From positions 992,001 through 1,056,000 of the forward strand of contig OY760686.1 of assembly GCA_963663865.1 (NCBI GenBank): a stretch of DNA of 64,000 nucleotides, in the 5' to 3' direction. Origin of the DNA: Spirochaetota bacterium. Lineage in GTDB: Bacteria > Spirochaetota > UBA4802 > UBA5550. Shown here piece by piece: positions 10,531 to 20,655 of the stretch; position 1 is the stretch's first letter; each line of letters begins with the position of its first letter. Made by a program: the position numbers and the translations under genes. The notes below the pieces were generated by a model. That model saw only the letters and a program-made list of their open reading frames with translations, was not told the DNA's origin and did no database searches.

Positions 10531-11782
10531 TGACCGCTCCTCTTAGTTTCAAGCCTGACTCATGGACAGAGGCTTTAACCGTGTAAAACTCATTAACGGA
10601 AAGCTCGCGGTCAAAATCGGTTTCAATATAGTATTCGTTAAAGCCGGAACTGATATTGTTTTTGGGCTTTTCAGTAAGCACCCGCACGGGTTTTCCAGAC
10701 AGTCCGGACACATACTCCTTTCTTAATCGCAGTGCGAGTTCCCTGGCCTCGGCGCTCCTCTCCTTTTTGAGGATATCCGGTACCGGGTCTTTCAACTCGT
10801 ATGCCTTTGTTCCCGGCCTGGGCGAGTATCTGAAGATGTGCGTGTTTGAAAAGCCTGACTCACTCATAATTCTGAGAGAGTCCCTGAAGTCTGAATCCGT
10901 TTCGCCCGGGAAACCCACAATAAGATCCGTGGTGACGCTGAACAAAGGATCGTGCGATCTTAGCTTTTCGATTGTTTTCATGTATTCGTCCGGGGTGTAA
11001 TGCCTGTTCATTGCTTTCAGAATATCCGCGCTTCCGCTCTGAAGCGAAATACTCAGATGTTTGACGAACTTGCTGTGCGTAGTCAGATCAATAAGCCTGT
11101 CGTCAACGTAAACCGGTGATATTGAAGACAGGTGTATCCTGAAATCTCCGTCAACCTCAAGGAGCTTCTCAAGAATACCCGGAAGGCCGGAGCCGCCGCT
11201 ATTGTACGCGCCTACCATGACGCCGGTGAGCACAATTTCTCTGTACCCGGCCTCAACCAGTGAAGTAAATGAGGACAGCACCTCCCTCGCGCCGGCGCTG
11301 ACCGGAGCTCCCCTCAGATAGGGAATGTAGCAGTAGGAGCAGAAGGAATCACAGCCATCCTGAATCTTCAGGTTTGCCCTTGTTGTAGAAGATTTGAGCG
11401 CCGGCGCGTAGCCGAACCTTGATCCGGGAAGACCCAGTTCAGGCACGCCTGTTGCCTCAATGGATCCGACTATCTCCGGAATGCGGCTTTTCAGGTCATT
11501 GGATATGTAGCATACGCGGCCTTCGACTCTCGGCTCTCCGGTTCCGCAGCCGGCAACTATTACGTAACCGTGTCCTGAGCTTTCCATGTTTCTTAAAGCC
11601 CTGGATGTCAGCCTCCTTGTGGTTGCTTCGCTCGAACTCGTTACGGCACAGGCGTTGATGATGTGAATGTCGGCGTTATCGGATGAGGTGATAGAGTGCC
11701 CCATCCGCTGCAGTTCGGTGGAAACAGATTCAATTTCTGCGGTGTTGAGCCTGCATCCGAGAGATTCGATTTTGATTTTCAT
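10523..11782 (-). CDS. mtaB: tRNA t6A37 methylthiotransferase (MtaB-type radical SAM)
   Basis: SLGCRLN, INACAVT, LKIQDGCDSFCSYC, DLIVGFPGET, FRYSPRPGT. Confidence 0.85.
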   Translation of the reverse strand: MKIKIESLGCRLNTAEIESVSTELQRMGHSITSSDNADIHIINACAVTSSSEATTRRLTSRALRNMESSGHGYVIVAGCGTGEPRVEGRVCYISNDLKSRIPEIVGSIEATGVPELGLPGSRFGYAPALKSSTTRANLKIQDGCDSFCSYCYIPYLRGAPVSAGAREVLSSFTSLVEAGYREIVLTGVMVGAYNSGGSGLPGILEKLLEVDGDFRIHLSSISPVYVDDRLIDLTTHSKFVKHLSISLQSGSADILKAMNRHYTPDEYMKTIEKLRSHDPLFSVTTDLIVGFPGETDSDFRDSLRIMSESGFSNTHIFRYSPRPGTKAYELKDPVPDILKKERSAEARELALRLRKEYVSGLSGKPVRVLTEKPKNNISSGFNEYYIETDFDRELSVNEFYTVKASVHESGLKLRGAVNE

Positions 11783-11963
11783 TGTTTTATCCGATTAGGG
11801 CATTTTTTTCTGGAGACTGTCTCGCAGACAAGTATTTTTTTAATTTCCGGGATAGCTGAAGAAGGATTTTCGGGAGGTAAAATGACGTATCTTCTATTGA
11901 CAGGGATGACTTTTGGGGGTATCATCATCTTTCCGGGGGATAAAATCTCAAGATGGACAAAAA

Positions 11964-14384
11964 ATGAAAACTGATATCGGGAAAAATGACCAGTCTGACG
12001 AATTTGGCAACAATTTCGGAAGCAGCTTTGACAGACAGCTCCGTCTGATATTTGAGCAGGCCCCATTGTCAATAGCGAGGCTAAGCAGTACCGGAGATCT
12101 CGTGTGGGGGAACAGCCTCTGCTGGTGGAGCCTCGGGTATACGCGCGAGGAGTTTTTATCGCTGAAGCGCGAGCAGTTTACATTTCGCGATGATATTGGG
12201 CGCACCGCGGAGTTTTTCAGCCAGGTCAGCGGCCAGAGAGGAGTGTCGTGTTCCCTTGAAAAGAGGTTTGTAAGAAAAGACGGTTCCCTCGTGTGGGGCA
12301 AAGTCAATGTCGCTCCAATATTCAACGATGACGGAACCTCAGACGGGTTCATAGCCATTATTGAGGATATTGACCAGTGGAAAGCAGCTGAGGAAGAGCT
12401 CAAGGCGAGCGAGAACAGATACAGAACAATATTCACCAAATCACCGGCTCCTATACTGATTATGGACGCTGAAGGTGTAATCGGATGCAATGAGTCAACA
12501 ATCAGGCTTTTCGGCTCACAGAACATGATTGACATTGCCGGGAAGAGTCTTGCCGATCTTTCTCCTCCAAGTCAGCCTGGCGGCGCTGATTCAAGGATAG
12601 CGATTGCCAGAGAGTTTGACCGTGCCCTTCGAAAAGGCTTTCAGGTTTTTGACTGGGTTTTGAGGAGGTCAAACGGAGATGATTTTTTCTCGGAAATCAA
12701 GGTCACTCCATTTTCCTTTCATGGGAACCGGCTGTTTCAGGTGATGATATCCGACATTACCGCGCGGAAGGTTGCTGAGATCGCTCTAAGGGAAAGCGAG
12801 TCCAGATACCGTGAGCTGGTAAACAATGCCAACAGTATCATCCTCAGGCTTGATCCAGAGGGCAGGGTTGTTTTTTTCAACGACTACGCTGAAAGGTTCT
12901 TTCATTACAATATGGAGGATGTTGTCGGAATCAGCGCCTTTGACACCATTTTCCGCGACCCGCCTGAAGGAAAAAATATATTCAGGGAGCTTGTCGAAGC
13001 AATCCCGCTGCAGCCGGAGAGGTATTCATCGGTTGAGTTTCAGAACACCCTGAATGACGGACGCAGGGTGTGGATATCCTGGACAAGCAGGGCAGCTTTT
13101 GACGTGCGCGGCAAGTACAATGGAGTACTCTGTGTGGGGAACGATATCTCTGCTCTCAAGAAGGCTGAGGAAGAGAGAAATGCCTTTCAGTCCCAGCTTG
13201 CCCATTCCCAGAAGATGGAGGCCATTGGTACCCTTGCGGGCGGGCTTGCCCACGATTTTAACAATGTTCTCGGCGGAATTCTGGGCAGCTTAAACCTCCT
13301 CCAGATGCTTCTCGGAAAGGAAGAGCTTAACAGCGCGGACAAGGTTGAAAGGTATCTCGAAATTGCCGTAAAGTCCTCCAACAGGGCTGCTGAGATGATA
13401 AAGCGTTTGCTCTCGCTCACGAGGCGGCACGAGGTCGTCCTTGAGCCTCTGGACATCTCGGTTGCCCTTGCTAATGTCGAAAAGCTCTGTCAGAATAGCT
13501 TCCCCAAGTCTGTCGCCCTTGACTTTTCAGACGCGCGCAGCAATATAGTTGTGTTAGCCGACCATACACAGATTGAACAGATGGTGCTGAATCTCTGCGT
13601 TAATGCCTCACATGCCGTAACCCTGATGAGAGGAGAAGGTCAGAGGGAAGGCGGCACGGTGCGTGTCGAGACCTCGCTCTTGATCAGCGACTGGCAGCTC
13701 TGCATAAAGCATTCAGGCCTTGTTCCTGGAGTTGAGCTTGCACGGATATCAGTTATAGATGATGGAGTTGGAATGGACGAAGAGGTTAAGCGGCGCCTCT
13801 TTGAGCCCTTTTTTACAACAAAGGAAAAGGACAGGGGCAGCGGCCTCGGTCTGGCCATGGTTTACAATATAGTTCAGCTTCACGGAGGACATGTTGAGGT
13901 TGAGTCCGAACCGGGTTCGGGAACGTCAATAAGTCTGTACATACCAGTGTATTCAGGCGAACAGGTTCCGGTCTCTTCCAGGGGTATGGACGGCTCCATT
14001 GTCTCAGGGAAGGGCAACATTCTTATTGTGGATGATGAAGAGGTGCTGTTGAATATTGCCTCGGAGATTCTATCCAATGCGGGCTACACTGTAATCACGG
14101 GCGAGGGCGGCCTAAAGGGACTTGAAATATACAGAAAACAATTTGCTGAAATAGACGCGGTGGTTCTCGATATGTCCATGCCGGAGATATCAGGGATTGA
14201 GGTTTTTGAAGAGATGCTTAAAATCAACCCTTATGTGAGGGTCATCTTCGCTTCCGGATTCATGAATGACGAGAGGCTTAAGAAGGCAATGGAGCTTGGA
14301 GTCTGCGGCTTCATTCAGAAACCTTACACGCCGCATATCCTGAGCAGAGAGATACACCGGATTCTATCAGAGAGGAGTGAGTAG
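11964..14384 (+). CDS. Multi-PAS hybrid sensor histidine kinase/response regulator
   Basis: Three PAS/PAC repeats, H-box LAGGLAHDFNN, HATPase (NLCVNA, DDGVGM, FFTTK, GSGLGL), C-terminal receiver (LIVDDE, LDMSMP, KP). Confidence 0.92.
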   Translation: MKTDIGKNDQSDEFGNNFGSSFDRQLRLIFEQAPLSIARLSSTGDLVWGNSLCWWSLGYTREEFLSLKREQFTFRDDIGRTAEFFSQVSGQRGVSCSLEKRFVRKDGSLVWGKVNVAPIFNDDGTSDGFIAIIEDIDQWKAAEEELKASENRYRTIFTKSPAPILIMDAEGVIGCNESTIRLFGSQNMIDIAGKSLADLSPPSQPGGADSRIAIAREFDRALRKGFQVFDWVLRRSNGDDFFSEIKVTPFSFHGNRLFQVMISDITARKVAEIALRESESRYRELVNNANSIILRLDPEGRVVFFNDYAERFFHYNMEDVVGISAFDTIFRDPPEGKNIFRELVEAIPLQPERYSSVEFQNTLNDGRRVWISWTSRAAFDVRGKYNGVLCVGNDISALKKAEEERNAFQSQLAHSQKMEAIGTLAGGLAHDFNNVLGGILGSLNLLQMLLGKEELNSADKVERYLEIAVKSSNRAAEMIKRLLSLTRRHEVVLEPLDISVALANVEKLCQNSFPKSVALDFSDARSNIVVLADHTQIEQMVLNLCVNASHAVTLMRGEGQREGGTVRVETSLLISDWQLCIKHSGLVPGVELARISVIDDGVGMDEEVKRRLFEPFFTTKEKDRGSGLGLAMVYNIVQLHGGHVEVESEPGSGTSISLYIPVYSGEQVPVSSRGMDGSIVSGKGNILIVDDEEVLLNIASEILSNAGYTVITGEGGLKGLEIYRKQFAEIDAVVLDMSMPEISGIEVFEEMLKINPYVRVIFASGFMNDERLKKAMELGVCGFIQKPYTPHILSREIHRILSERSE

Positions 14385-14390
14385 GGGGCT

Positions 14391-15638
14391 GTGGAAAAAG
14401 GGCCGAGAGATCAGAGTGTGCCCGGTGTGCCGATGGACGAAAGCGCAAGGTACCGGGAAGAGATGTACCGAATGCTTTCAATGATAGATTCAATAATCAT
14501 TGGCGTAACGGTCAGGGACATTGTCACTCACTGGAACCGGACTGCCGAAGATGTTTTCGGCATCAAGGAGGCGGACGCCATAGGCAGGCCCATTAGCGGG
14601 CTGGCGCTCAACTGGGATTGGCCGGTGATCTTTGAAGGTATAGGCGAGTGCTTTATCAGCGGCAGGACCGTTACACTTCAGGACATAACCATGGTCAGGG
14701 CAGATTCAGGACGCAGGGTTCTTGGAGTCAGCATAACCCCTATTAAAACCACAGAAAACGCTCCAAGGGGATTCATTGTTCTCGGGAAGGATATCACAGA
14801 TAAGAAGATCATGGAGATGCAGCTGCTCCAGGACCAGAAGCTCAAGTCAATTGGAGAGCTCGCTTCGGGAATAGCGCACGAGATTAACACCCCGATTCAA
14901 TATGTTAACGACAACACGATATTTTTCTACGATTCATTTAAACAGCTTCTTCCCGTTATGACCCAGATGACCGCCCTTTTTGATGTTTTTAATATGGGGG
15001 GGGATGTGAACGCGGCTGTCAGGGAGCTCATGGAGTCGGCGGAAAAAGCGGATTTCGAATATCTTACAAACGAGATACCAAAGTCGGTCGAGCAGACCAT
15101 TGAGGGCATAGTCAGGATAAGCAGCATCGTGAAGTCACTTAAGAGTTTCGCGCATCCGGACACAAAGGAGAAGGTCCCAACGGACATAAACAAAACAGTC
15201 GCTGACGCGGTTGTTATTACAAGAAATGAGTGGAAGTACAGTTCCGATATTGAGCATAATCCTGACAGGGATTTGCCTGAGGTAAGATGCTATCCAGCTG
15301 AGATAAGCCAGGTCCTTCTGAATATTATCATAAACGCCTCTCATGCCGTTAAAGAGGCTATTGAAGCAGGCCGCATTGAGCGCGGGAAAATTGTTATTGA
15401 AACCCTCGGGAAAAAGGGGTATGCAGAGATTGTAATAACTGATAATGGAATCGGTATGAGCGAAGAGGTTCTCAGGAACATCTACGACCCCTTTTTTACG
15501 ACTAAGGAGGTCGGTAAGGGTACGGGACAGGGGCTGGCAATATCCCACTCCATAGTTGTAAAAAAACACGGAGGCCGTATTTTCTGCAAGTCAAGTCCCG
15601 GCAGGGGATCGTCTTTTTTTATTCAGCTGCCGTACTGA
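14391..15638 (+). CDS. PAS sensor histidine kinase
   Basis: PAS (WNRTAE), H-box GIAHEINTP, DNGIGM, FFTTKEVGKGTGQGL. Confidence 0.92.
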   Translation: MEKGPRDQSVPGVPMDESARYREEMYRMLSMIDSIIIGVTVRDIVTHWNRTAEDVFGIKEADAIGRPISGLALNWDWPVIFEGIGECFISGRTVTLQDITMVRADSGRRVLGVSITPIKTTENAPRGFIVLGKDITDKKIMEMQLLQDQKLKSIGELASGIAHEINTPIQYVNDNTIFFYDSFKQLLPVMTQMTALFDVFNMGGDVNAAVRELMESAEKADFEYLTNEIPKSVEQTIEGIVRISSIVKSLKSFAHPDTKEKVPTDINKTVADAVVITRNEWKYSSDIEHNPDRDLPEVRCYPAEISQVLLNIIINASHAVKEAIEAGRIERGKIVIETLGKKGYAEIVITDNGIGMSEEVLRNIYDPFFTTKEVGKGTGQGLAISHSIVVKKHGGRIFCKSSPGRGSSFFIQLPY

Positions 15639-16037
15639 ATGGAGAAAAAAGTGAAGCGTTATAAAATTCTCTTTGTGGATGACGATGCAAACTTTCTGCA
15701 GAGTCTTGCGAGGAGCCTCAGAAGGATGTCCGCAGAATGGGATTTGCGGTTCGCCAGCAGCGGCTCAATGGCTCTTGATATTCTTGATGCCGAGGTCTGC
15801 GATGCAGTTGTTACCGACTTTAAAATGCCGGAGATGGACGGTCTGGAGCTGCTTTCAACGCTGAAGGAGCGTTACCCTGATGTTGTAAGGGTGTTGTTTA
15901 CCGGCCAGTCCGACGACAGCCTCTTCGGAGAGCTTGTCGGCATTTCCCATGAGTATATTGCCAAGCCGTGCGAAATATCAGTTTTGACGGAAAAAATTAA
16001 AGGAGCTATAGACAGGATCAGGGGGAGAGTTGAATGA
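15639..16037 (+). CDS. Single-domain response regulator
   Basis: ILFVDDD, VVTDFKMPEMDG, FTG, KP. Confidence 0.9.
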   Translation: MEKKVKRYKILFVDDDANFLQSLARSLRRMSAEWDLRFASSGSMALDILDAEVCDAVVTDFKMPEMDGLELLSTLKERYPDVVRVLFTGQSDDSLFGELVGISHEYIAKPCEISVLTEKIKGAIDRIRGRVE

Positions 16038-17182
16038 AAGAAAGGATTCTTGTTGTAGACGATGACAGTAATCTGCTGTCGGGAATTGAACGGCATCTTA
16101 AAGCAGTTTACGAAGTACGGACAGCACTTAGCGGAGCTCGGGCTCTGGAAATAATTGAAGAGGAAGATGACTTTGCGGTGGTCCTTTCGGATTACAAGAT
16201 GCCGGGTATGAACGGCGATAGCCTTCTTGCCCGAGTCAGGGCTCTCAGGCCGGAGACTGTCAGGGTCATGCTGACCGGCCAGGCTGATATGGAGGCCGTT
16301 GTAGCGATAGTAAACGAGGGGGAGATTTTCCGCTTTCTGACCAAACCATGCCCGCCGGAGCTTCTGAAAAAGAACATCGAAGACAGTGTCAGGCAGTATC
16401 GTCTTCAGATAACTGAAAAAGACCTCATGTCGAGAACGCTTGGGGGAACGCTTCAGGTAATCATGGATTTTCTTGTCCTTTCTAAGCCGCAGGCGTTCAA
16501 ACGCGGCCTGAGGGCACGCGACATGGTCAAGAAAATGCTGCCCTATCTTCAGGCAGAAAACGAGTGGCAGGTCGAGGTCGCTGCTATGCTCTCTCAGATC
16601 GGCTGCATAACTGTTCCCGACGACATAATTGACAGGATATACAGAAATATCCCGGTACCGCCGGAAGATAAGCTGCTCTATCAGCTTCACGCGAAAACAA
16701 GCAGCGATATCATTAAGAAAATTCCCAGGCTCAACGGGGTAGCCTCAATCATTGAATATCAGGAAAAGTATTATAATGGTACTGGAATTCCAAACGACAG
16801 CGTTAAGGGCGGCGATATACCTCTTGGATCAAGAATTCTGAGGGCTGCCCTCGATTATGAACAGCTCAAATCAACCGGAATGACCGCTGATGAAATACTG
16901 GCTGAGATGAAGAAACGCGCCGCCTGGTATGACCCCGCTGTCCTCAAAGCGCTAATTGAGGCAGCAAAGGCCGACGCGGAGGCGGTTAAACTTGTACGCG
17001 TAATGTCCTCGATGGATGACTTGGCTGAAGAGATGCTGCTTGCCGGCGATGTCGTTACAAATACCGGCCTTGTCCTGGGAACCGAGGGGCAAAAAGTCAC
17101 ACGCGCCCTTATCGCGACCCTGAAGAACCACGCCGCAAACGGCCAGCTTGAGGATACCGTGGAAGTGATGGCGCCTGCTTAG
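16034..17182 (+). CDS. Response regulator with degenerate HD-GYP-like output domain
   Basis: Receiver (LVVDDD, SDYKMP, KP), then an HD-fold region with LSQIG where HDIG is expected and EKYYNGTGIP where HERxDGxGYP is expected. Confidence 0.85.
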   Translation: MKERILVVDDDSNLLSGIERHLKAVYEVRTALSGARALEIIEEEDDFAVVLSDYKMPGMNGDSLLARVRALRPETVRVMLTGQADMEAVVAIVNEGEIFRFLTKPCPPELLKKNIEDSVRQYRLQITEKDLMSRTLGGTLQVIMDFLVLSKPQAFKRGLRARDMVKKMLPYLQAENEWQVEVAAMLSQIGCITVPDDIIDRIYRNIPVPPEDKLLYQLHAKTSSDIIKKIPRLNGVASIIEYQEKYYNGTGIPNDSVKGGDIPLGSRILRAALDYEQLKSTGMTADEILAEMKKRAAWYDPAVLKALIEAAKADAEAVKLVRVMSSMDDLAEEMLLAGDVVTNTGLVLGTEGQKVTRALIATLKNHAANGQLEDTVEVMAPA

Positions 17183-17356
17183 TGGGCGCATCATCCCGAC
17201 GGCACTGATTTTGTTATTTTTCTGCTTGAACACCTGAGGCGTCTTCTCAAAGAATGTAAAAGGTTATTCACTCCGCCCTTAATCAGGGCCGGGCGGTCTG
17301 CCTGCGGAATGAAGAAGCATTAATATCAGAAATGTGAATTATACAAGGAGACAATA

Positions 17357-18466
17357 ATGACAACCGACGATTCAGTCTGGGTAGACTTTAATACCATGGA
17401 ACTCTTCATGAAAGAGGTATTTATACGTCTCGGAGTATCCGATGAGGAGGCGGCTGTGTGCGCTGATGTTCTGATAACATCGGATAAGCGGGGAATAGAC
17501 TCTCACGGAATAAACAGGCTGAAGCCGATCTACTATGACAGAATAAAAGACGGAATACAGAGCGCTAAAACTGAATTTGAGATCGTCAAGGAAGGCCCGA
17601 CGACCGCGGTTGTCGACGGACATGACGGGATGGGGCATGTGATCGGCAAGCGTTCAATGCAGATGGCCATAGATAAGGCAAAGGAGTTCGGAATGGGCAT
17701 GGTTGCCGTCAGAAACTCAACCCATTACGGAATAGCCGGATATTACGCGATGATGGCAGCAGCGGAGGGTATGGCCGGAATTACTGGAACCAACGCCCGT
17801 CCCTCAATTGCGCCTACATTCGGCGTTGAGAATATGCTCGGGACCAATCCCATTGTGTTCGGCTTCCCGACCGATGAGGATTTTCCTTTCGTTCTCGACT
17901 GTGCAACTTCAATAACGCAGCGCGGGAAAATTGAGGTGTACGCCCGTTCCGGCAAAAACATGCCCGAGGGATGGGTAATACGGACAGACGGATCGTCAGC
18001 TACCGATTCCGAGTCTACTTTGAAAGAGCTGGTGGATGGAACTGCCGCGCTGACTCCGCTTGGCGGAATCGGCGAGGACATGGGCGGATACAAGGGCTAC
18101 GGATACGCTACCGTTGTCGAGATAATGTCGGCTGCTCTCCAGAGCGGATCGTATCTGAAAATGCTTCTCGGATTTGAAAACGGGAAGAAGGTTCCTTACA
18201 GGCTTGGACATTTCTTTATCGCGATAGACATCACCCGCTTTACGGAGCTTGAGGAGTTTAAGAAAACGACTGGAGATATACTCCGCCAGCTTCGCGCTTC
18301 AAAAAAAATGCCCGGTCAGGAAAGAATCTACACCGCAGGCGAAAAGGAGCATGAGGCGTGGCTTTACAGGAAGGACAGAGGCGTTCCGATTAACGACAGC
18401 CTGAAGAAGGACATAATCGCCATGCGCGAAGAACTGGGTATTGAGGGATTTGAATTTCCCTTCTGA
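17357..18466 (+). CDS. Ldh_2 (malate/L-lactate/L-sulfolactate dehydrogenase) family oxidoreductase
   Basis: RGIDSHG, VRNSTHYG, GTNPI, LDCATS, GYKGYG. Confidence 0.88.
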   Translation: MTTDDSVWVDFNTMELFMKEVFIRLGVSDEEAAVCADVLITSDKRGIDSHGINRLKPIYYDRIKDGIQSAKTEFEIVKEGPTTAVVDGHDGMGHVIGKRSMQMAIDKAKEFGMGMVAVRNSTHYGIAGYYAMMAAAEGMAGITGTNARPSIAPTFGVENMLGTNPIVFGFPTDEDFPFVLDCATSITQRGKIEVYARSGKNMPEGWVIRTDGSSATDSESTLKELVDGTAALTPLGGIGEDMGGYKGYGYATVVEIMSAALQSGSYLKMLLGFENGKKVPYRLGHFFIAIDITRFTELEEFKKTTGDILRQLRASKKMPGQERIYTAGEKEHEAWLYRKDRGVPINDSLKKDIIAMREELGIEGFEFPF

Positions 18467-18493
18467 GCTTTGAGCTTAACCGAATGAATTATC

Positions 18494-18521
18494 TTGACTT
18501 GAAGTGAGCAATGTGTATTCT
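18494..18521 (+). promoter_or_regulatory. Possible sigma70 promoter for the CPBP gene
   Basis: TTGACT-16 nt-TATTCT with TG upstream of the -10. Confidence 0.35.
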
Positions 18522-18560
18522 CCGGACAGACGGGGTTAACCTGTCCGTCCGGAGGCTGCC

Positions 18561-19259
18561 ATGCTGACACAGAAAAGCTCTGCGCTCAATACCTGCATCA
18601 GAATTCTCGTTCTTTCCATGCCCTTGCTCCTCAACGATTTTTATCTTCCTCTTGTACCGGAAGAGGCAGTACTTCTGAATTTTATTATCGATGTTATTAT
18701 ATATGTTTTCTGGCAGGGTACGGTCATCTATCTTGCGTATCAGGCGGGGTGGTTTGATTTCAGCGACCTGGGGATTAAGCCTGACAGGTTTATCTGCGAC
18801 ATTCTTTATGGCATTATACTCGCGGCCGGTCTTTTTGCCGCGTACCTCCTTCTTGTTCTCTTTACGGGTTATCTGAAAAAGCATGCCGGAATATCTATAA
18901 CCGGTGAATGGCATTATCCAATGCCTGAAAGCTCGCCGCATCTCAGGTTTGCTTACGTGACCTATCTCGCGCTTACTGCCGGACTGTTCGAGGAGGTTAT
19001 CTACCGGGGAATAGTCATTGCCCAGCTGAGAAGGCTTACTGCAAACCGTGCTCTCCTTGTACTCGCTTCAGCATTTGTCTTTACAGCCATTCACTGGTCC
19101 AACGGCCCGCTGACCTGGATCGAGGCCTTTGTTCTGGGGGCCTTCTGGGCCGGGCTTTTCATCCGTACGGGACGCATTATTCCGATAATGACGGCCCACT
19201 TTATTTTTGACTTCGTGACAATATACGGCCTTCACGGGATCATTCTCGGAGTGGGCTAA
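18561..19259 (+). CDS. CPBP (Abi/CAAX-protease-like) intramembrane metalloprotease
   Basis: Multiple TM segments; EEVIYRG, FTAIH, AHFIFD motifs. Confidence 0.88.
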   Translation: MLTQKSSALNTCIRILVLSMPLLLNDFYLPLVPEEAVLLNFIIDVIIYVFWQGTVIYLAYQAGWFDFSDLGIKPDRFICDILYGIILAAGLFAAYLLLVLFTGYLKKHAGISITGEWHYPMPESSPHLRFAYVTYLALTAGLFEEVIYRGIVIAQLRRLTANRALLVLASAFVFTAIHWSNGPLTWIEAFVLGAFWAGLFIRTGRIIPIMTAHFIFDFVTIYGLHGIILGVG

Positions 19260-20626
19260 TTTCCCGTTATTTTCTTATAAGGCCTGGTCATGTAGTCTTT
19301 CATGCCCTCTGCCATTTTCCTGTACACAAATGGAATTGAGGTCGCCCAGTAACCGGCGAAGACAGCGAGTCTCTTGAGCATTGAGCGGTTAGGGAAATCG
19401 TACAGTCCGTTTTGCCGGTAGTACCTATGGTCCTGTTTGAAAACAATGCGGAGTCCGGAGTAGACCTCGTCTCTGAAAATCTTTAAGCCTGCTGTTTTTC
19501 TGAACGTTGGCGGTGCAATGTAGGCTGATTCGGAGAACCTTGAGAGCCTTGAGGCAAGCGCGGCCAACTGGCTGTCTATTGCCGCTGAGCTCGAACAGTC
19601 ATCGGTTGCAAATCCGGCGAGGTTGGCCCCCTGGAACTCAGTGTAAGCGAAGAGCATCTCCTGAAGGTTCTGTTCGGCGGAAAGAGGCCCTGATATAATC
19701 CATGCCAGCTGCTTTCCGCTCAGGGATGGTCGGTGGTTATTGAAAAAGGAACGGTCAAAAAAGCACTTCCACAGCGAAGAGAGGTAGCGGTCCTTCATGG
19801 ATCCCGCGAAGACGAGACAGTCGGCAGTCATCACCCTGGATCTGTAAAAATTGGTAAACCCGTCAATGCCGTCATAGACGCAGACTCCATTTTGACCGCA
19901 TTTCATGCAGCCCATGCAGCCGCCCTTGAAGCCGATGTCTGCCAGAGACGCAATTTCAAGTCTTCCTGTAAAGTTGGCAAGGCGGGCAATCATTCTGCCG
20001 GTGTTTCCGTCAAGGCTGTCTGTGATAACGAGGGTGGACGGACCGGAAAAGGGCTTCATCTTTTTTGATGGCTTTCCGGGCCTGTACGAGAAAGCTCTAC
20101 GCGGAAGCGGAGAAGACATGGCCGGTGCGATAAGCCTGTTGTCGGCACTGAAGGCGGCGTTTATGAAGAACTCGGACAGACGCTGCCTTTCTGAAGCACG
20201 GAGCAGGTCGTCCATCCGGGCTGAAAAAGAGCCTGTGACGTTCATTCCAAGGTCCTCGCAGACTGAGCGTATGTAGTTATGGGCGGTGTGGTCGTAAAAG
20301 TGAATTGAGGTTGATAGCGACGCTGAGTACCTGCCCTTAAAGGCGGAGGCGGATTTGTTCTCGAATATGAGCTCAATAAATCGTTTGTACTGAGAGCAGA
20401 CCAGCATGTAGTACAGCGGAAACGCCCAGATAACAAGGCGCGATGATTTCACCGAGCTGATTATCGAGCTGTAGAGTTTTTTGTCGCGCTCAATCTGCTT
20501 TATGCGTGAAGCGATCTGAATAATATCAAAGTCATGCTCAGGAAACTGTTTTTTTAAGAAAAGCACATACTGCATGGTGACGCTGTTTTCACCCTTGGGA
20601 CTGCCGGCCAGCACTGTAATTTTCAT
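19256..20626 (-). CDS. Tandem flavodoxin-fold NAD(P)H-dependent FMN reductase / iron-sulfur flavoprotein
   Basis: N-terminal GSPK...T and PLY motifs; second domain with CMGCMKC...C and FFDR. Confidence 0.75.
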   Translation of the reverse strand: MKITVLAGSPKGENSVTMQYVLFLKKQFPEHDFDIIQIASRIKQIERDKKLYSSIISSVKSSRLVIWAFPLYYMLVCSQYKRFIELIFENKSASAFKGRYSASLSTSIHFYDHTAHNYIRSVCEDLGMNVTGSFSARMDDLLRASERQRLSEFFINAAFSADNRLIAPAMSSPLPRRAFSYRPGKPSKKMKPFSGPSTLVITDSLDGNTGRMIARLANFTGRLEIASLADIGFKGGCMGCMKCGQNGVCVYDGIDGFTNFYRSRVMTADCLVFAGSMKDRYLSSLWKCFFDRSFFNNHRPSLSGKQLAWIISGPLSAEQNLQEMLFAYTEFQGANLAGFATDDCSSSAAIDSQLAALASRLSRFSESAYIAPPTFRKTAGLKIFRDEVYSGLRIVFKQDHRYYRQNGLYDFPNRSMLKRLAVFAGYWATSIPFVYRKMAEGMKDYMTRPYKKITGN

Positions 20627-20655
20627 GATTTCTCCTATAATACCGCTGTTCAGGT

